Below are positions 37,419 to 46,707 of a stretch of 64,000 nt of DNA, piece after piece. Both the position numbers and the translations under genes were made by a program. Under the pieces are notes generated by a model, which saw only the letters and a list, made by a program, of their open reading frames with translations, searched no databases and was not told the origin of the DNA. Numbering within the stretch: position 1 is the stretch's first letter; every line of letters starts with the position of its first letter. Source of the DNA: Candidatus Omnitrophota bacterium (lineage in GTDB: Bacteria > Omnitrophota > Gorgyraeia > Zapsychrales > Zapsychraceae); NCBI GenBank assembly GCA_015233115.1, contig JADFYJ010000001.1:195084-259083 (forward strand). The letters are read 5' to 3'.

Positions 37419-37892
37419 ATGAAATTTAAAAATTTTTCAATTATATTTTTAATGTTAAGCTTGCTCCTGGCAGGATGCGCTGTGTCGTCTAATTCCAAAG
37501 CGGATATTGACTTCACCCAGCAAAATTTTGATTCTGTCGCCCAAGACACTGTCACTCATTTATTTTTATTATATAAAAACTTTGATCCCGTTTCTTTTAG
37601 CCAAGCCTTATCACGGGATATTCTACCTGACAAACAGCAATTCATCAGTGATGTTGCCGCATCCGTACAACAACAAAAAGTCGAACAAATCAAATTTTTA
37701 AAAGATTATATTGCCGCAAAAGTCAATGTCATGTCGATAACTGTAAAATGGGAAAAAACCTATACTGTCACAGCAACCGGAGCTATATTCACAGCCAAAG
37801 GTAAGTCAGAATTAATTTTCCGACGATATAATGGCGACTGGCTATTAAACGCAGTCAATGGAGACAGCCCATTCTCAACCGAACATAACTAA
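37419..37892 (+). CDS. hypothetical lipoprotein (possibly NTF2-like)
   Basis: LAGC lipobox; C-terminal beta-strands ending F...NGDWLL. Confidence 0.65.
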   Translation: MKFKNFSIIFLMLSLLLAGCAVSSNSKADIDFTQQNFDSVAQDTVTHLFLLYKNFDPVSFSQALSRDILPDKQQFISDVAASVQQQKVEQIKFLKDYIAAKVNVMSITVKWEKTYTVTATGAIFTAKGKSELIFRRYNGDWLLNAVNGDSPFSTEHN

Positions 37893-37997
37893 AAATAAAA
37901 AAATTATCTTTTTATTTTTATTCAAGAAGATATTGACAACGTTAAGTTTTGCATTAACATATGATGAAGAAATAATTAAGAAAGGAGGAAATAAATC

Positions 37998-38366
37998 ATG
38001 AAAAAATTATTACTCGCACTCGGTCTTTTAGCATTAGTAGCAGCACCGGTTTTAGCACAAGAAGCAGCTAAAACTGAAGTAGCTAAACCAGCAGAAGTTG
38101 CCGCACCTGTTGCAGCACCTGCTGTAGCTGAAACTGTAGTGGCTGGCGATGTCGTATCAGTAGATGCAGCTAAAGCTACAATCGTTGTTAAAACGGTTGT
38201 TGATGCAGCAGCAGCAAAATCTGAAGACAAAACCTTCACTATTCCAGCAGAAGCATCATTAAAGAGCGGAGAAGCACAAATTACGCTCGCTGATGTAGCC
38301 GTCGGAGCTAAAGTTGTTGTTACTTTAGAAAACGATGTTGTTAAATCAGTTGTTGTTAACAAATAA
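37998..38366 (+). CDS. small secreted Ala/Val/Lys-rich protein (possible OB-fold)
   Basis: AAGGAGG SD, upstream TTGACA, signal peptide, and G.VVSVD...TIVV...ITLADV.VG.KVVV pattern. Confidence 0.7.
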   Translation: MKKLLLALGLLALVAAPVLAQEAAKTEVAKPAEVAAPVAAPAVAETVVAGDVVSVDAAKATIVVKTVVDAAAAKSEDKTFTIPAEASLKSGEAQITLADVAVGAKVVVTLENDVVKSVVVNK

Positions 38367-38384
38367 TTCTCTTAAGGAGAAATT

Positions 38385-38468
38385 ATGCCAGTCAAAGCAA
38401 AAAAACCGGCTAAAAAAGCCGGAACTTGCAAGACAAAAAAAGCATCAAAAACATGTTGTTGTAAGTAA
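38385..38468 (+). CDS. putative 27-aa Lys/Cys-rich peptide
   Basis: AAGGAG SD; translation MPVKAKKPAKKAGTCKTKKASKTCCCK*. Confidence 0.5.
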   Translation: MPVKAKKPAKKAGTCKTKKASKTCCCK

Positions 38469-38502
38469 TCCTATATCTTTAGGGCCCCGAAGGATATATT
38501 TT

Positions 38503-38614
38503 AAGCCGAATTTCTGACCTTCAAGGAAGCGGGAGATACCAGCAGGGGGGTGAATCTCATGTAACATGAGAGGGATAGCTGCCATCCTAACCCATCAACT
38601 AATCTCGCAGGCTA
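38503..38614 (+). ncRNA. c-di-AMP (ydaO-yuaA) riboswitch
   Basis: Ordered conserved blocks GCCGAAT...GCGGGAGATACCA...GGGGTGAATC...AGGG...CCTAACCCATCAACTAATCTCGCAGGC, upstream of a YdaO/KimA-like gene. Confidence 0.85.
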
Positions 38615-38664
38615 GGCAGTATTTTTTTATTAGTTCAAGCTTTAAATATTTTTTGTGGGGGATA

Positions 38665-39438
38665 ATGAGTCATTTAATTGCTTTAATATTGGGTATGGTG
38701 GAAGGAATTACTGAATTTCTACCAATTTCTTCTACTGGGCATTTGATTCTTACCTCAAAATTACTTCACCTTGCTGATTCCGAATTTTTAAAAAGTTTTG
38801 AAATTATTATTCAATTAGGTGCTATTTTATCTGTTGTAGTTCTATATTGGAAATCTTTTTTTACAAACCTCGCTACTGTCAAACGCATTGCAGTTGCTTT
38901 TTTGCCGACCGCAGTTATTGGTTTCATATTTTACAAGCTCATTAAAAAATTTTTATTAAGCAATAGTGACATTGTTATTTGGTCCTTGTTGCTGGGTGGC
39001 ATATTTCTGATCATATTTGAAATGCTTCATAAGGAAAATACGGATTCTTCGCAGGGAATACTGGCCATTTCTTATAAACAAGCATTTTTTATAGGCATAT
39101 TTCAATCCTTCGCTATGATACCCGGCGTTTCCCGTTCTGCTGCCACAATCATTGGAGGGATGTTTTTGGGTATAAGCCGTAAGACTATCGTTGAGTTTTC
39201 CTTTTTATTAGCTGTACCAACTATGGGAGCCGCAGTAGGGTTAGATCTTATAAAAAATTCGCCTAGCTTCGCTGCTGAACAATTTGGATTTTTAGCTACC
39301 GGATTCATTGTTTCGTTTATTGTCGCGCTCGCGGCTATAAAATTTTTGTTATCTTATATCCAAAAAAATAATTTTATTCCTTTTGGTTTTTACCGCATTA
39401 TTGTAGCCATCATATTTATCACTTTCTTCCGATTTTAA
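38665..39438 (+). CDS. uppP: undecaprenyl-diphosphate phosphatase
   Basis: EGITEFLPISSTGH and PGVSRS motifs; start reassigned to 38665. Confidence 0.95.
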   Translation: MSHLIALILGMVEGITEFLPISSTGHLILTSKLLHLADSEFLKSFEIIIQLGAILSVVVLYWKSFFTNLATVKRIAVAFLPTAVIGFIFYKLIKKFLLSNSDIVIWSLLLGGIFLIIFEMLHKENTDSSQGILAISYKQAFFIGIFQSFAMIPGVSRSAATIIGGMFLGISRKTIVEFSFLLAVPTMGAAVGLDLIKNSPSFAAEQFGFLATGFIVSFIVALAAIKFLLSYIQKNNFIPFGFYRIIVAIIFITFFRF

Positions 39439-39512
39439 TATTATAAAATTCTATAGCCTTTTTCGTTTTTTAATGGATAATGTAAATATTATTAAAATTA
39501 TTTAATATTATT

Positions 39513-41492
39513 ATGATTAAATTTCTACAAAAATTCAAACTTGTTGTTATTGGAAAATCTAAAAATCCACAGGATTCTCAGATCTTCCACAATCTCTCGC
39601 TCATGGCGTTTTTTGCCTGGGTTGGACTAGGTGCTGATGGTTTGTCTTCTTCATGTTATGGTCCTCAAGAAGCTTTCTTAGCCTTAGGTCACCATACTTA
39701 TCTAAGTATTTTTGTTGCCTTGGCCACTGTGATTACCATTTGCGTCATTAGTGCCAGTTACAGCCAAATAGTTGAAGTTTTTCCTTCAGGAGGCGGGGGT
39801 TATCAGGTCGCCAGCAAATTACTTTCGCCCAGTTGGGGCATGATATCAGGATGCGCGCTTTTGATCGATTACGTATTAACGATTACTGTTTCTATCGCGA
39901 GCGGCGCAGATGCTGTTTTTAGTTTACTTCCTCCTCATTTTATCCATTACAAACTTTGGTTTGCTTTATTTAGTATCATTGTTCTCACTCTTCTTAATAT
40001 GAGAGGGGTGAAAGAATCTGTTCTGACTTTAGTCCCCATTTTTCTCGTTTTTGTTTTTACCCATGTATTTATAATAATTTATTTTTTCTTCCATCACTTA
40101 CCAGAATTACCTAATATTGCCCATGCCGCGCACGCTGATGTTTCCAGTGCTGTTTCTCAAATAGGATGGCTCGGGGTCATTTTTCTCATTTTACGAGCTT
40201 ATAGCATGGGAGCAGGGACTTTCACCGGGCTGGAAGCAGTCAGTAATGCGGTTTCTTTGTTACGTGAACCTAGAGTTAAGACCGCTAAAAAAACCATGGT
40301 CTACATGGCAGTTTCCCTATCCGTTATTGTCTTAGGTTTGATGCTGGCGTACATTGTTTATGACCTACATTTTGTTGAAGGAAAAACCCTCAATGCTGTT
40401 TTGTTTGAAAAAATCACTTCATCATGGGGTATCGGCGGCTATATTTTTGTTCTTATCGCGCTTATTTCTGAGGCTACACTTTTGTTTATCGCCGCTCAAA
40501 CTGGATTTTTAGGCGGACCACGTGTTTTGGCGAATATGGCTGTCGACCGCTGGTTTCCAACCCGATTTTCCATGCTCAGTGACCGGTTAGTCATCCAAAA
40601 CGGTGTCCTGATCATGAGCATTTTAGCTTTAGCCCTTTTGATTTTTACACACGGTTCAGTCAGCTTGCTAGTCGTCTTTTACTCAATCAACGTGTTTATT
40701 ACTTTTGTGTTATCCCAACTTGGCATGGTGAGACATTGGTGGAATAATCGATCAAAAGTGACGGATTGGTTTAAAAAAATGTTGGTCAATGGCATAGGCC
40801 TTGTTTTAACTGCATTTATTTTAGTTTCAATGATAGTTTTAAAATTTAACGACGGAGGGTGGGCCACTCTGGTGGTAACCGGAGCATTAATCGCTTTTGC
40901 TATCTATATCAAGAAGCATTATCTTCAAACCGCTAAATTGTTAAAAAGACTTAATAACTTAGTTGTGGCAGCTGAAAATTCGCCAGTTGAGCATGACCCA
41001 ACCAAGACTGCCTCTTTAATAAAAAATCCAGATTTTTCCGCCAAAACCGCGGTGATTCTAGTTACCGGATTTAATGGGATGGGCTTACATACTTTATTTG
41101 GGATATTCAGATTTTTTGGGCAAACATTTAAAAATTATGTATTTGTCCAAGTTGGCGTTATCGATGTGGAAAATTTCAATTCATCTGAAGAGGTTAAATC
41201 TGTTGAAACAAAAGTAAAGCATGATACGGATCGATATGTTGCGTATATTCAAGGGCAAGGTTTTTATTCTGAAGGTATTTGGTCAGTGAATGTTGATGCC
41301 GTTGAAGGCGTTGTTGATTTGGCTCCACAAGTATTAAAAAAATATCCGAATTCGGTTTTCTTTGGGGGGCAATTGATATTTCCGGAAGAAACATTGATAT
41401 CCCGTTTTTTGCATAATTATACGTCTTTTGCGCTCCAAAAACGACTTTATTGGCAAGGGGTCCCATTTGTAATTTTGCCAATTCGTGTATAA
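39513..41492 (+). CDS. APC-superfamily transporter, YdaO/KimA-like K+ importer
   Basis: GADGLSSSCYG, YSQ....FPSGGGGY, DYVLTITVS and TGLEAVSN motifs; cytoplasmic C-terminal domain. Confidence 0.8.
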   Translation: MIKFLQKFKLVVIGKSKNPQDSQIFHNLSLMAFFAWVGLGADGLSSSCYGPQEAFLALGHHTYLSIFVALATVITICVISASYSQIVEVFPSGGGGYQVASKLLSPSWGMISGCALLIDYVLTITVSIASGADAVFSLLPPHFIHYKLWFALFSIIVLTLLNMRGVKESVLTLVPIFLVFVFTHVFIIIYFFFHHLPELPNIAHAAHADVSSAVSQIGWLGVIFLILRAYSMGAGTFTGLEAVSNAVSLLREPRVKTAKKTMVYMAVSLSVIVLGLMLAYIVYDLHFVEGKTLNAVLFEKITSSWGIGGYIFVLIALISEATLLFIAAQTGFLGGPRVLANMAVDRWFPTRFSMLSDRLVIQNGVLIMSILALALLIFTHGSVSLLVVFYSINVFITFVLSQLGMVRHWWNNRSKVTDWFKKMLVNGIGLVLTAFILVSMIVLKFNDGGWATLVVTGALIAFAIYIKKHYLQTAKLLKRLNNLVVAAENSPVEHDPTKTASLIKNPDFSAKTAVILVTGFNGMGLHTLFGIFRFFGQTFKNYVFVQVGVIDVENFNSSEEVKSVETKVKHDTDRYVAYIQGQGFYSEGIWSVNVDAVEGVVDLAPQVLKKYPNSVFFGGQLIFPEETLISRFLHNYTSFALQKRLYWQGVPFVILPIRV

Positions 41493-41556
41493 TTAAACGC
41501 AAACAAAAGTCGATAGGTTGAAGGATAGGTTTAAAATTTAAAAAGTGAGAGATTTT

Positions 41557-42141
41557 ATGGTGAAAGAAATTTTATTAGCATTTGTGCCTATATTTGTCGC
41601 TGTAGACGCCATAGGCGTTCTTCCCATATTTCTCGGTGTGACTGGAAACCTTGATTCAAAGCAAAGAGTGACAGTTATACAACAGTCGATTGTTACAGCT
41701 TTAACCCTAGCCATTAGTTTTATTTTTTTAGGGAAAAGCTTATTTCATTTACTGGGAATTACCGTCGCAGATTTTATGATCGCGGGAGGGGCGATTTTAT
41801 TTTGTATCGCGCTCAGTGATATTTTTCAAACCGAAAAAAAACGCAACATTCCGGCTGAAGAGATCGGTGCTGTTCCCATTGGCACGCCTTTGATCGTTGG
41901 GCCAGCTGTTTTGACAACATGTTTGATCTGTATTGGTCAATATGGCATTGTCCCTACATTAATTGCCGTTACGATCAACGTGCTGATTGCTGGTATCATT
42001 TTTGCCTGTGCTGACGTACTCATACGAGTAGTTGGCAGATCTGGCGCTGCCGCTTTATCCAAAATTATGGCTTTATTGTTAGGCGCTATCGCGGTTATGA
42101 TGATCCGCAAAGGCGTTTTTGTCTTTATCCATCCAGTATAA
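41557..42141 (+). CDS. MarC family membrane protein
   Basis: F.IAGG.ILF and VPIGTPLIVGP motifs. Confidence 0.9.
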   Translation: MVKEILLAFVPIFVAVDAIGVLPIFLGVTGNLDSKQRVTVIQQSIVTALTLAISFIFLGKSLFHLLGITVADFMIAGGAILFCIALSDIFQTEKKRNIPAEEIGAVPIGTPLIVGPAVLTTCLICIGQYGIVPTLIAVTINVLIAGIIFACADVLIRVVGRSGAAALSKIMALLLGAIAVMMIRKGVFVFIHPV

Positions 42142-42183
42142 AAACAGGCTATAGGCGACAGGAATAACGAATTATAATTATTT

Positions 42184-42513
42184 ATGAAAACAATCATTTT
42201 ATTATCAATTTCAAATGTTTTCATGACCTTTGCCTGGTATGGTCATTTAAAATACAAAAATTCCCCTTTATATTTAGCGATTTTGTTCAGCTGGCTGATC
42301 GCGTTTTTTGAATATTGCTTTCAGGTTCCGGCTAACCGTTACGGATATGGACAATTCACGGGCGCACAATTAAAAATTATACAAGAAGTAATTACGCTAG
42401 TGATATTCTGTATTTTTTCCGTCTTTTACTTAAAAGAAGGCCTGAAATGGAATTATCTGATCGGATTTCTCTTCATTATCGCCGCTGTTTTCTTTATATT
42501 CAAAAAATGGTAA
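42184..42513 (+). CDS. DMT-family small membrane protein (DUF486)
   Basis: SNVFMTFAWYGHLK, FEYCFQVPANR and QLKIIQE motifs. Confidence 0.88.
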   Translation: MKTIILLSISNVFMTFAWYGHLKYKNSPLYLAILFSWLIAFFEYCFQVPANRYGYGQFTGAQLKIIQEVITLVIFCIFSVFYLKEGLKWNYLIGFLFIIAAVFFIFKKW

Positions 42514-42670
42514 ATTCACATCGTTAAAGTAAAAAGTTAAAAGTAAGAAGTAAAAGTAAAACCAATAATACCAAGCTAGAAAACAATAAAAAAAATGCAT
42601 AAAAATAAATTTATGCTAAAATATCGGCCATAAACGACAATAGAATAAAATTCTTAAAAGAGGACTGGTT

Positions 42671-44425
42671 ATGCCGTTGATAGAATATGAAACATTAGAC
42701 CGAAAAATTATTATCCGTATTCGTGACCGCATTTGCGAAACACCGGAAGAACTGATCACCAGCGATCTTTTTCGGCACATAGTCAAAGAAGCAATTTTAG
42801 AATTACATCAGCACGATTCTTATTTATTAAATATTTTTCCAGTTAAAGAAGCAGGCAGGGAAGAGATTGATGTTTTAATTGAAATATTCCAATTTTTAGT
42901 AAAAATGAAAGCCGAACTTGTTCCCAATGTCGTAAAAAATTCCGCGTCACTTCTAAAAGATAAACACTTATTTAATGAATTTGTTGAATACCTTTATAAT
43001 TATTGGCGTAATTTTGACCGTTTTATCATTTGTGAATCAGCTGAAGGGACTGTCGAAAGCCGGCCATATCGCATATTTAATAACACCATTGAACATCTTA
43101 TGCATTTAGTGCGGGCGGTATATCGGGATATTCAGGAAAATATTACCGGCGAACATCCTAACATTTATCGTCAAGTTCGAGCCGGCGCAGAAATTGCCAC
43201 CATAGCGGTTCCTCAAAAACTGCCGTTCCGGTCTAACACATTTAAAAAATTGGATGCTATTCCGGTTATCCGTCAGGTTCTGCTTTATCCGCCATTGATA
43301 CTTAACCCCCCCATGAATAAAAGGACCGGGAAATTTGAAAAAATATCAGTCAATCCTTTAGAAAAAGTAGATATCGATTCACGCGAATGGCTGTGTTATC
43401 CTGCCAAAGTAGGTCCTTTGGTCATTTGGATTTATTTCCATCAAAAATTCGCGGAACTCGGTTTTTCGCTATGTAATTTATTTGAACTCGCCACAGGTAA
43501 AGACTTAGACAAAAAACCTGACGGAGTTTTTTGCTTTGGCGTGCCCCGTCAATCATTAGAAGGATTGGGCAAATCACTGACTGTATTTTATGAAGACACA
43601 AAGAATGATGTACTCATCGCTGCCTGCCCAAGTGACGACGAATTTGGGTATTACGGTTATTTAAAGAAAATGGTCTTAACTCTTCATAATGTTGTCATGA
43701 TGAAAAGAGGGATTCTCCCTTTTCATGGCGCGTTAGTGCGAATTATATTATCAAAAAACAAAATTGTTACCGTCTTGCTAATAGGTGATACCGGCGCAGG
43801 TAAGTCTGAAACTTTAGAAGCTTTACGCGAAATGGGTAAAGATATTATCAAAGACTTGATTATTATCGCGGATGATATGGGTTCGATTCAGATTGACGCG
43901 AAAGGTCAGGCTTTGGGATATGGCACCGAAATCGGCGCGTTTTTACGTCTGGATGATTTAAAACCTGGATACGCTTTCGGACAAATGGACCGAGCTATTA
44001 TTATGAATCCAAACAAAATAAATGCCAGGATCGTGATCCCGGTGACCACCTTTGATAAACTCATAGCTGGTTATCCTATTGATATGGTGTTATATGCTAA
44101 TAATTACGAAGAAGTTGATGAAGATCATCCTATTGTGGAACGTTTTCAAACTGTCGAAGAAGCTTTAAAAATTTTTCGTGAGGGCACAGTTATGAGTAAA
44201 GGGACAACGACCTCAACCGGCATCGTTCACTCATATTTTGCCAATGTGTTCGGCCCGACCCAATATAGAGAATTGCACGATGCATTAGCTTCTAAATATT
44301 TTGAAGCATTCTTCAAGAAAAAATTATATATGGGACAATTTCGTACCCGCCTGGGAATTGCTGGCGCAGAGAGAAAAGGCCCGGAAGAAGCGGCACAAGC
44401 GTTGTTAAACCTCATCAGCAAATAA
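42671..44425 (+). CDS. atypical PEP-carboxykinase-like P-loop protein
   Basis: YLKK, FHGA, GDTGAGKSET (P-loop) and ADD motifs as in the PEPCK/HPrK fold. Confidence 0.65.
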   Translation: MPLIEYETLDRKIIIRIRDRICETPEELITSDLFRHIVKEAILELHQHDSYLLNIFPVKEAGREEIDVLIEIFQFLVKMKAELVPNVVKNSASLLKDKHLFNEFVEYLYNYWRNFDRFIICESAEGTVESRPYRIFNNTIEHLMHLVRAVYRDIQENITGEHPNIYRQVRAGAEIATIAVPQKLPFRSNTFKKLDAIPVIRQVLLYPPLILNPPMNKRTGKFEKISVNPLEKVDIDSREWLCYPAKVGPLVIWIYFHQKFAELGFSLCNLFELATGKDLDKKPDGVFCFGVPRQSLEGLGKSLTVFYEDTKNDVLIAACPSDDEFGYYGYLKKMVLTLHNVVMMKRGILPFHGALVRIILSKNKIVTVLLIGDTGAGKSETLEALREMGKDIIKDLIIIADDMGSIQIDAKGQALGYGTEIGAFLRLDDLKPGYAFGQMDRAIIMNPNKINARIVIPVTTFDKLIAGYPIDMVLYANNYEEVDEDHPIVERFQTVEEALKIFREGTVMSKGTTTSTGIVHSYFANVFGPTQYRELHDALASKYFEAFFKKKLYMGQFRTRLGIAGAERKGPEEAAQALLNLISK

Positions 44426-44428
44426 TAT

Positions 44429-46219
44429 TTGTTTTTGGCTAATATGGATCTTTCCAATATCCGACCGCCTTTTATTTTTCTTGATTCTGCTCGTCTAGAT
44501 AATAAGAATGATAAATCTTATCTATTTATTCGTCCCCTGCAAATACTAACGACAAATCAGCCTCATGAAATAAAAAGTATATTTGATCAAATCGATATTT
44601 TATCCCAAAAATATTGGATCAGCGGATATTTGAGTTATGAAGCTTTATATGGATTCGAACCAAAATTAACCAGCCCTAAATCCTTCTCATATCCATTAAT
44701 CTGGATGGGTGTGTATAAGAAACCTTTTCTTATCAAATCATATAAAGGGCAGAGACCAGGTGAAGAGCATTTAATTCAGCTAAATTCATCCATGTCTTGG
44801 CCGACTTATAAAAACGCAATCCATAGTATAAAACAACATATCCACCGAGGTAACACGTATCAGGTTAATTATACATTCGATCAGAATATGCGCGCATCAA
44901 TAAGCGGCTGGGCTTTGTACGACTTCCTTCGTCATAAACAAAAGACCTCGTATTGCGCCTATATTCATACTCGTCATAACGAAATCATGTCATTTTCTCC
45001 AGAATTGTTTTTTTGCCGCGACAAAAATTTTATTGAAACTAAGCCCATGAAAGGGACTATCAAGCGCGGACGACATTCTGCGGAAGATCTCGAAAATAAA
45101 AACCAGCTTGCCCACGACACCAAAAATATTGCTGAAAATCTCATGATTGTTGATTTATTGCGAAATGATTTAGGACGCATATGTCAGACGGATAGCATAA
45201 AAGTCCAAGATATGTTCCAGGTCGAAACACATCCGACGCTTCACCAAATGACAACCACTATTCAAGGTCAGCTTAATCCCCACACTGCCTATTATGATAT
45301 ATTCCGTAGCCTGTTCCCGTGCGGGTCAGTCACTGGCGCGCCCAAAATCAAAACCATGCAGATCATTGAAAAAATCGAGCAGGGAAAACGTGGTGTTTAT
45401 TGCGGAGCTATCGGATACATATCGCCAAAACAAAAAGCAGTTTTTAGCGTCCCCATTCGGACTTTAGTTCGCCCAACTTCACAAAAATTATGGAAATATC
45501 GCGTCGGCAGCGGCATAATATGGGATTCTGACACCAAACAAGAATGGGAAGAATGCCATACAAAATCACAGTTTCTAACACAACTGCCGTGTCAAGATTT
45601 TGATATTTTTGAGACCATATTATGGAATAAACGGCTCATTTATCTTAATGACCATATTAATCGTCTAAAAAATTCCTGCCAGTATTTTGCTTATCCCTTA
45701 GATGACAAAAATTTAAAATTATTAATCAAAACGATTCAGCATACTCTTAAAAATAATCCGCCAACCATAATCAAAATCATGGTTGCAGCGAATGGAAAAA
45801 TGCGTTGGGAAGTACGGCCATTTAAAAAATTTACGAATAATGGAGAGCCATTAAAAATTATTATCGCGGAACAAAAACTAGACTCCCAAAATAAATTTTT
45901 ATTTCATAAAACAACTCGCCGACCTTGGTATGAAAAGGCATCTAAGTTAACAAAAAACAACCAATCATATGAAGTGATATTTTTTAATCAGCGTGGAGAA
46001 TTGTGCGAAGGGAGCCGGTCAAATATTTTCATTGATATGGCCGGACAACTATTTACTCCAGCGCTCACCTGCGGATTATTACCAGGAATCTTGCGCGGTA
46101 GATTACTTAAACAAAATAAATGTAAAGAGCTGATTTTGCACAAAACTGATTTGGATCGTGCCCAAGCAATCTATTGTGGGAATTCTGTCCGAGGTTTAGT
46201 TCAGGTAAAAATGGTATAA
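44429..46219 (+). CDS. pabB: aminodeoxychorismate synthase component I fused to class IV ADC lyase (PabB-PabC)
   Basis: YQVNYT, SPELF, PMKGT, AENLMIVDLLRNDLG and FPCGSVTGAPK motifs; C-terminal FET, HKTT, EGSRSN and GLLPG motifs. Confidence 0.9.
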   Translation: MFLANMDLSNIRPPFIFLDSARLDNKNDKSYLFIRPLQILTTNQPHEIKSIFDQIDILSQKYWISGYLSYEALYGFEPKLTSPKSFSYPLIWMGVYKKPFLIKSYKGQRPGEEHLIQLNSSMSWPTYKNAIHSIKQHIHRGNTYQVNYTFDQNMRASISGWALYDFLRHKQKTSYCAYIHTRHNEIMSFSPELFFCRDKNFIETKPMKGTIKRGRHSAEDLENKNQLAHDTKNIAENLMIVDLLRNDLGRICQTDSIKVQDMFQVETHPTLHQMTTTIQGQLNPHTAYYDIFRSLFPCGSVTGAPKIKTMQIIEKIEQGKRGVYCGAIGYISPKQKAVFSVPIRTLVRPTSQKLWKYRVGSGIIWDSDTKQEWEECHTKSQFLTQLPCQDFDIFETILWNKRLIYLNDHINRLKNSCQYFAYPLDDKNLKLLIKTIQHTLKNNPPTIIKIMVAANGKMRWEVRPFKKFTNNGEPLKIIIAEQKLDSQNKFLFHKTTRRPWYEKASKLTKNNQSYEVIFFNQRGELCEGSRSNIFIDMAGQLFTPALTCGLLPGILRGRLLKQNKCKELILHKTDLDRAQAIYCGNSVRGLVQVKMV

Positions 46220-46238
46220 AATGGTATAAAATTTTTTC

Positions 46239-46266
46239 TTGACAAATGATACTAAAGTGGTATCCT
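46239..46266 (+). promoter_or_regulatory. promoter with candidate Rrf2 operator
   Basis: TTGACA followed by ATGATAC-N7-GTATCCT. Confidence 0.6.
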
Positions 46267-46272
46267 TAGGAT

Positions 46273-46671
46273 ATGAAGCTAATTAACAAAAACACAGATT
46301 ATGCCGTTCAAGCCATTTATTATATTGCCCAAAAATCTCCTGATATCGTTTCGACTGTTGAAGTAGAAGAAAAATTAGGATTGCCGCGTCCTTTTATTCG
46401 CAAAATCCTACAAATTTTAACCAAAGCCGAAATTTTATCATCATCAAAAGGAAATAAGGGAGGTTTTACAATTTCCCGACCATTATCTGACATTTATTTG
46501 CTCGATTTAATGCAATTATTTCAGGGAAGAATTGCTTTTACAGATTGCTCATTCCAGAAAAAAGTTTGCCCGAATGCAGGGCATTGTCCTTTGCGCCGGC
46601 GCATTAAAACTATTGAAGAAACAGTAATTAATGAATTAAAAGGTGTAACTTTAAAAGAGCTGTTAAATTAA
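46273..46671 (+). CDS. Rrf2 family regulator (Cys-ligated, NsrR/IscR-like)
   Basis: TDYA and G.KGGF winged-helix motifs; C-terminal Cys cluster. Confidence 0.9.
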   Translation: MKLINKNTDYAVQAIYYIAQKSPDIVSTVEVEEKLGLPRPFIRKILQILTKAEILSSSKGNKGGFTISRPLSDIYLLDLMQLFQGRIAFTDCSFQKKVCPNAGHCPLRRRIKTIEETVINELKGVTLKELLN

Positions 46672-46686
46672 TAATTTTATTTTTTA

Positions 46687-46707
46687 ATGATACATTAAAA
46701 GTATCAT
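46687..46707 (+). promoter_or_regulatory. second candidate Rrf2 operator
   Basis: Perfect ATGATAC-N7-GTATCAT with the same geometry as the site at 46246. Confidence 0.65.

Noticed and set aside
38566-38664. N-terminal extension of UppP given in the ORF track
   Set aside because: It overlaps the riboswitch; family similarity begins at the ATG at 38665.
46208-46231. 10-bp direct duplication AAAATGGTAT at the pabB stop
   Set aside because: The copies are adjacent with no element between them; probably replication slippage.
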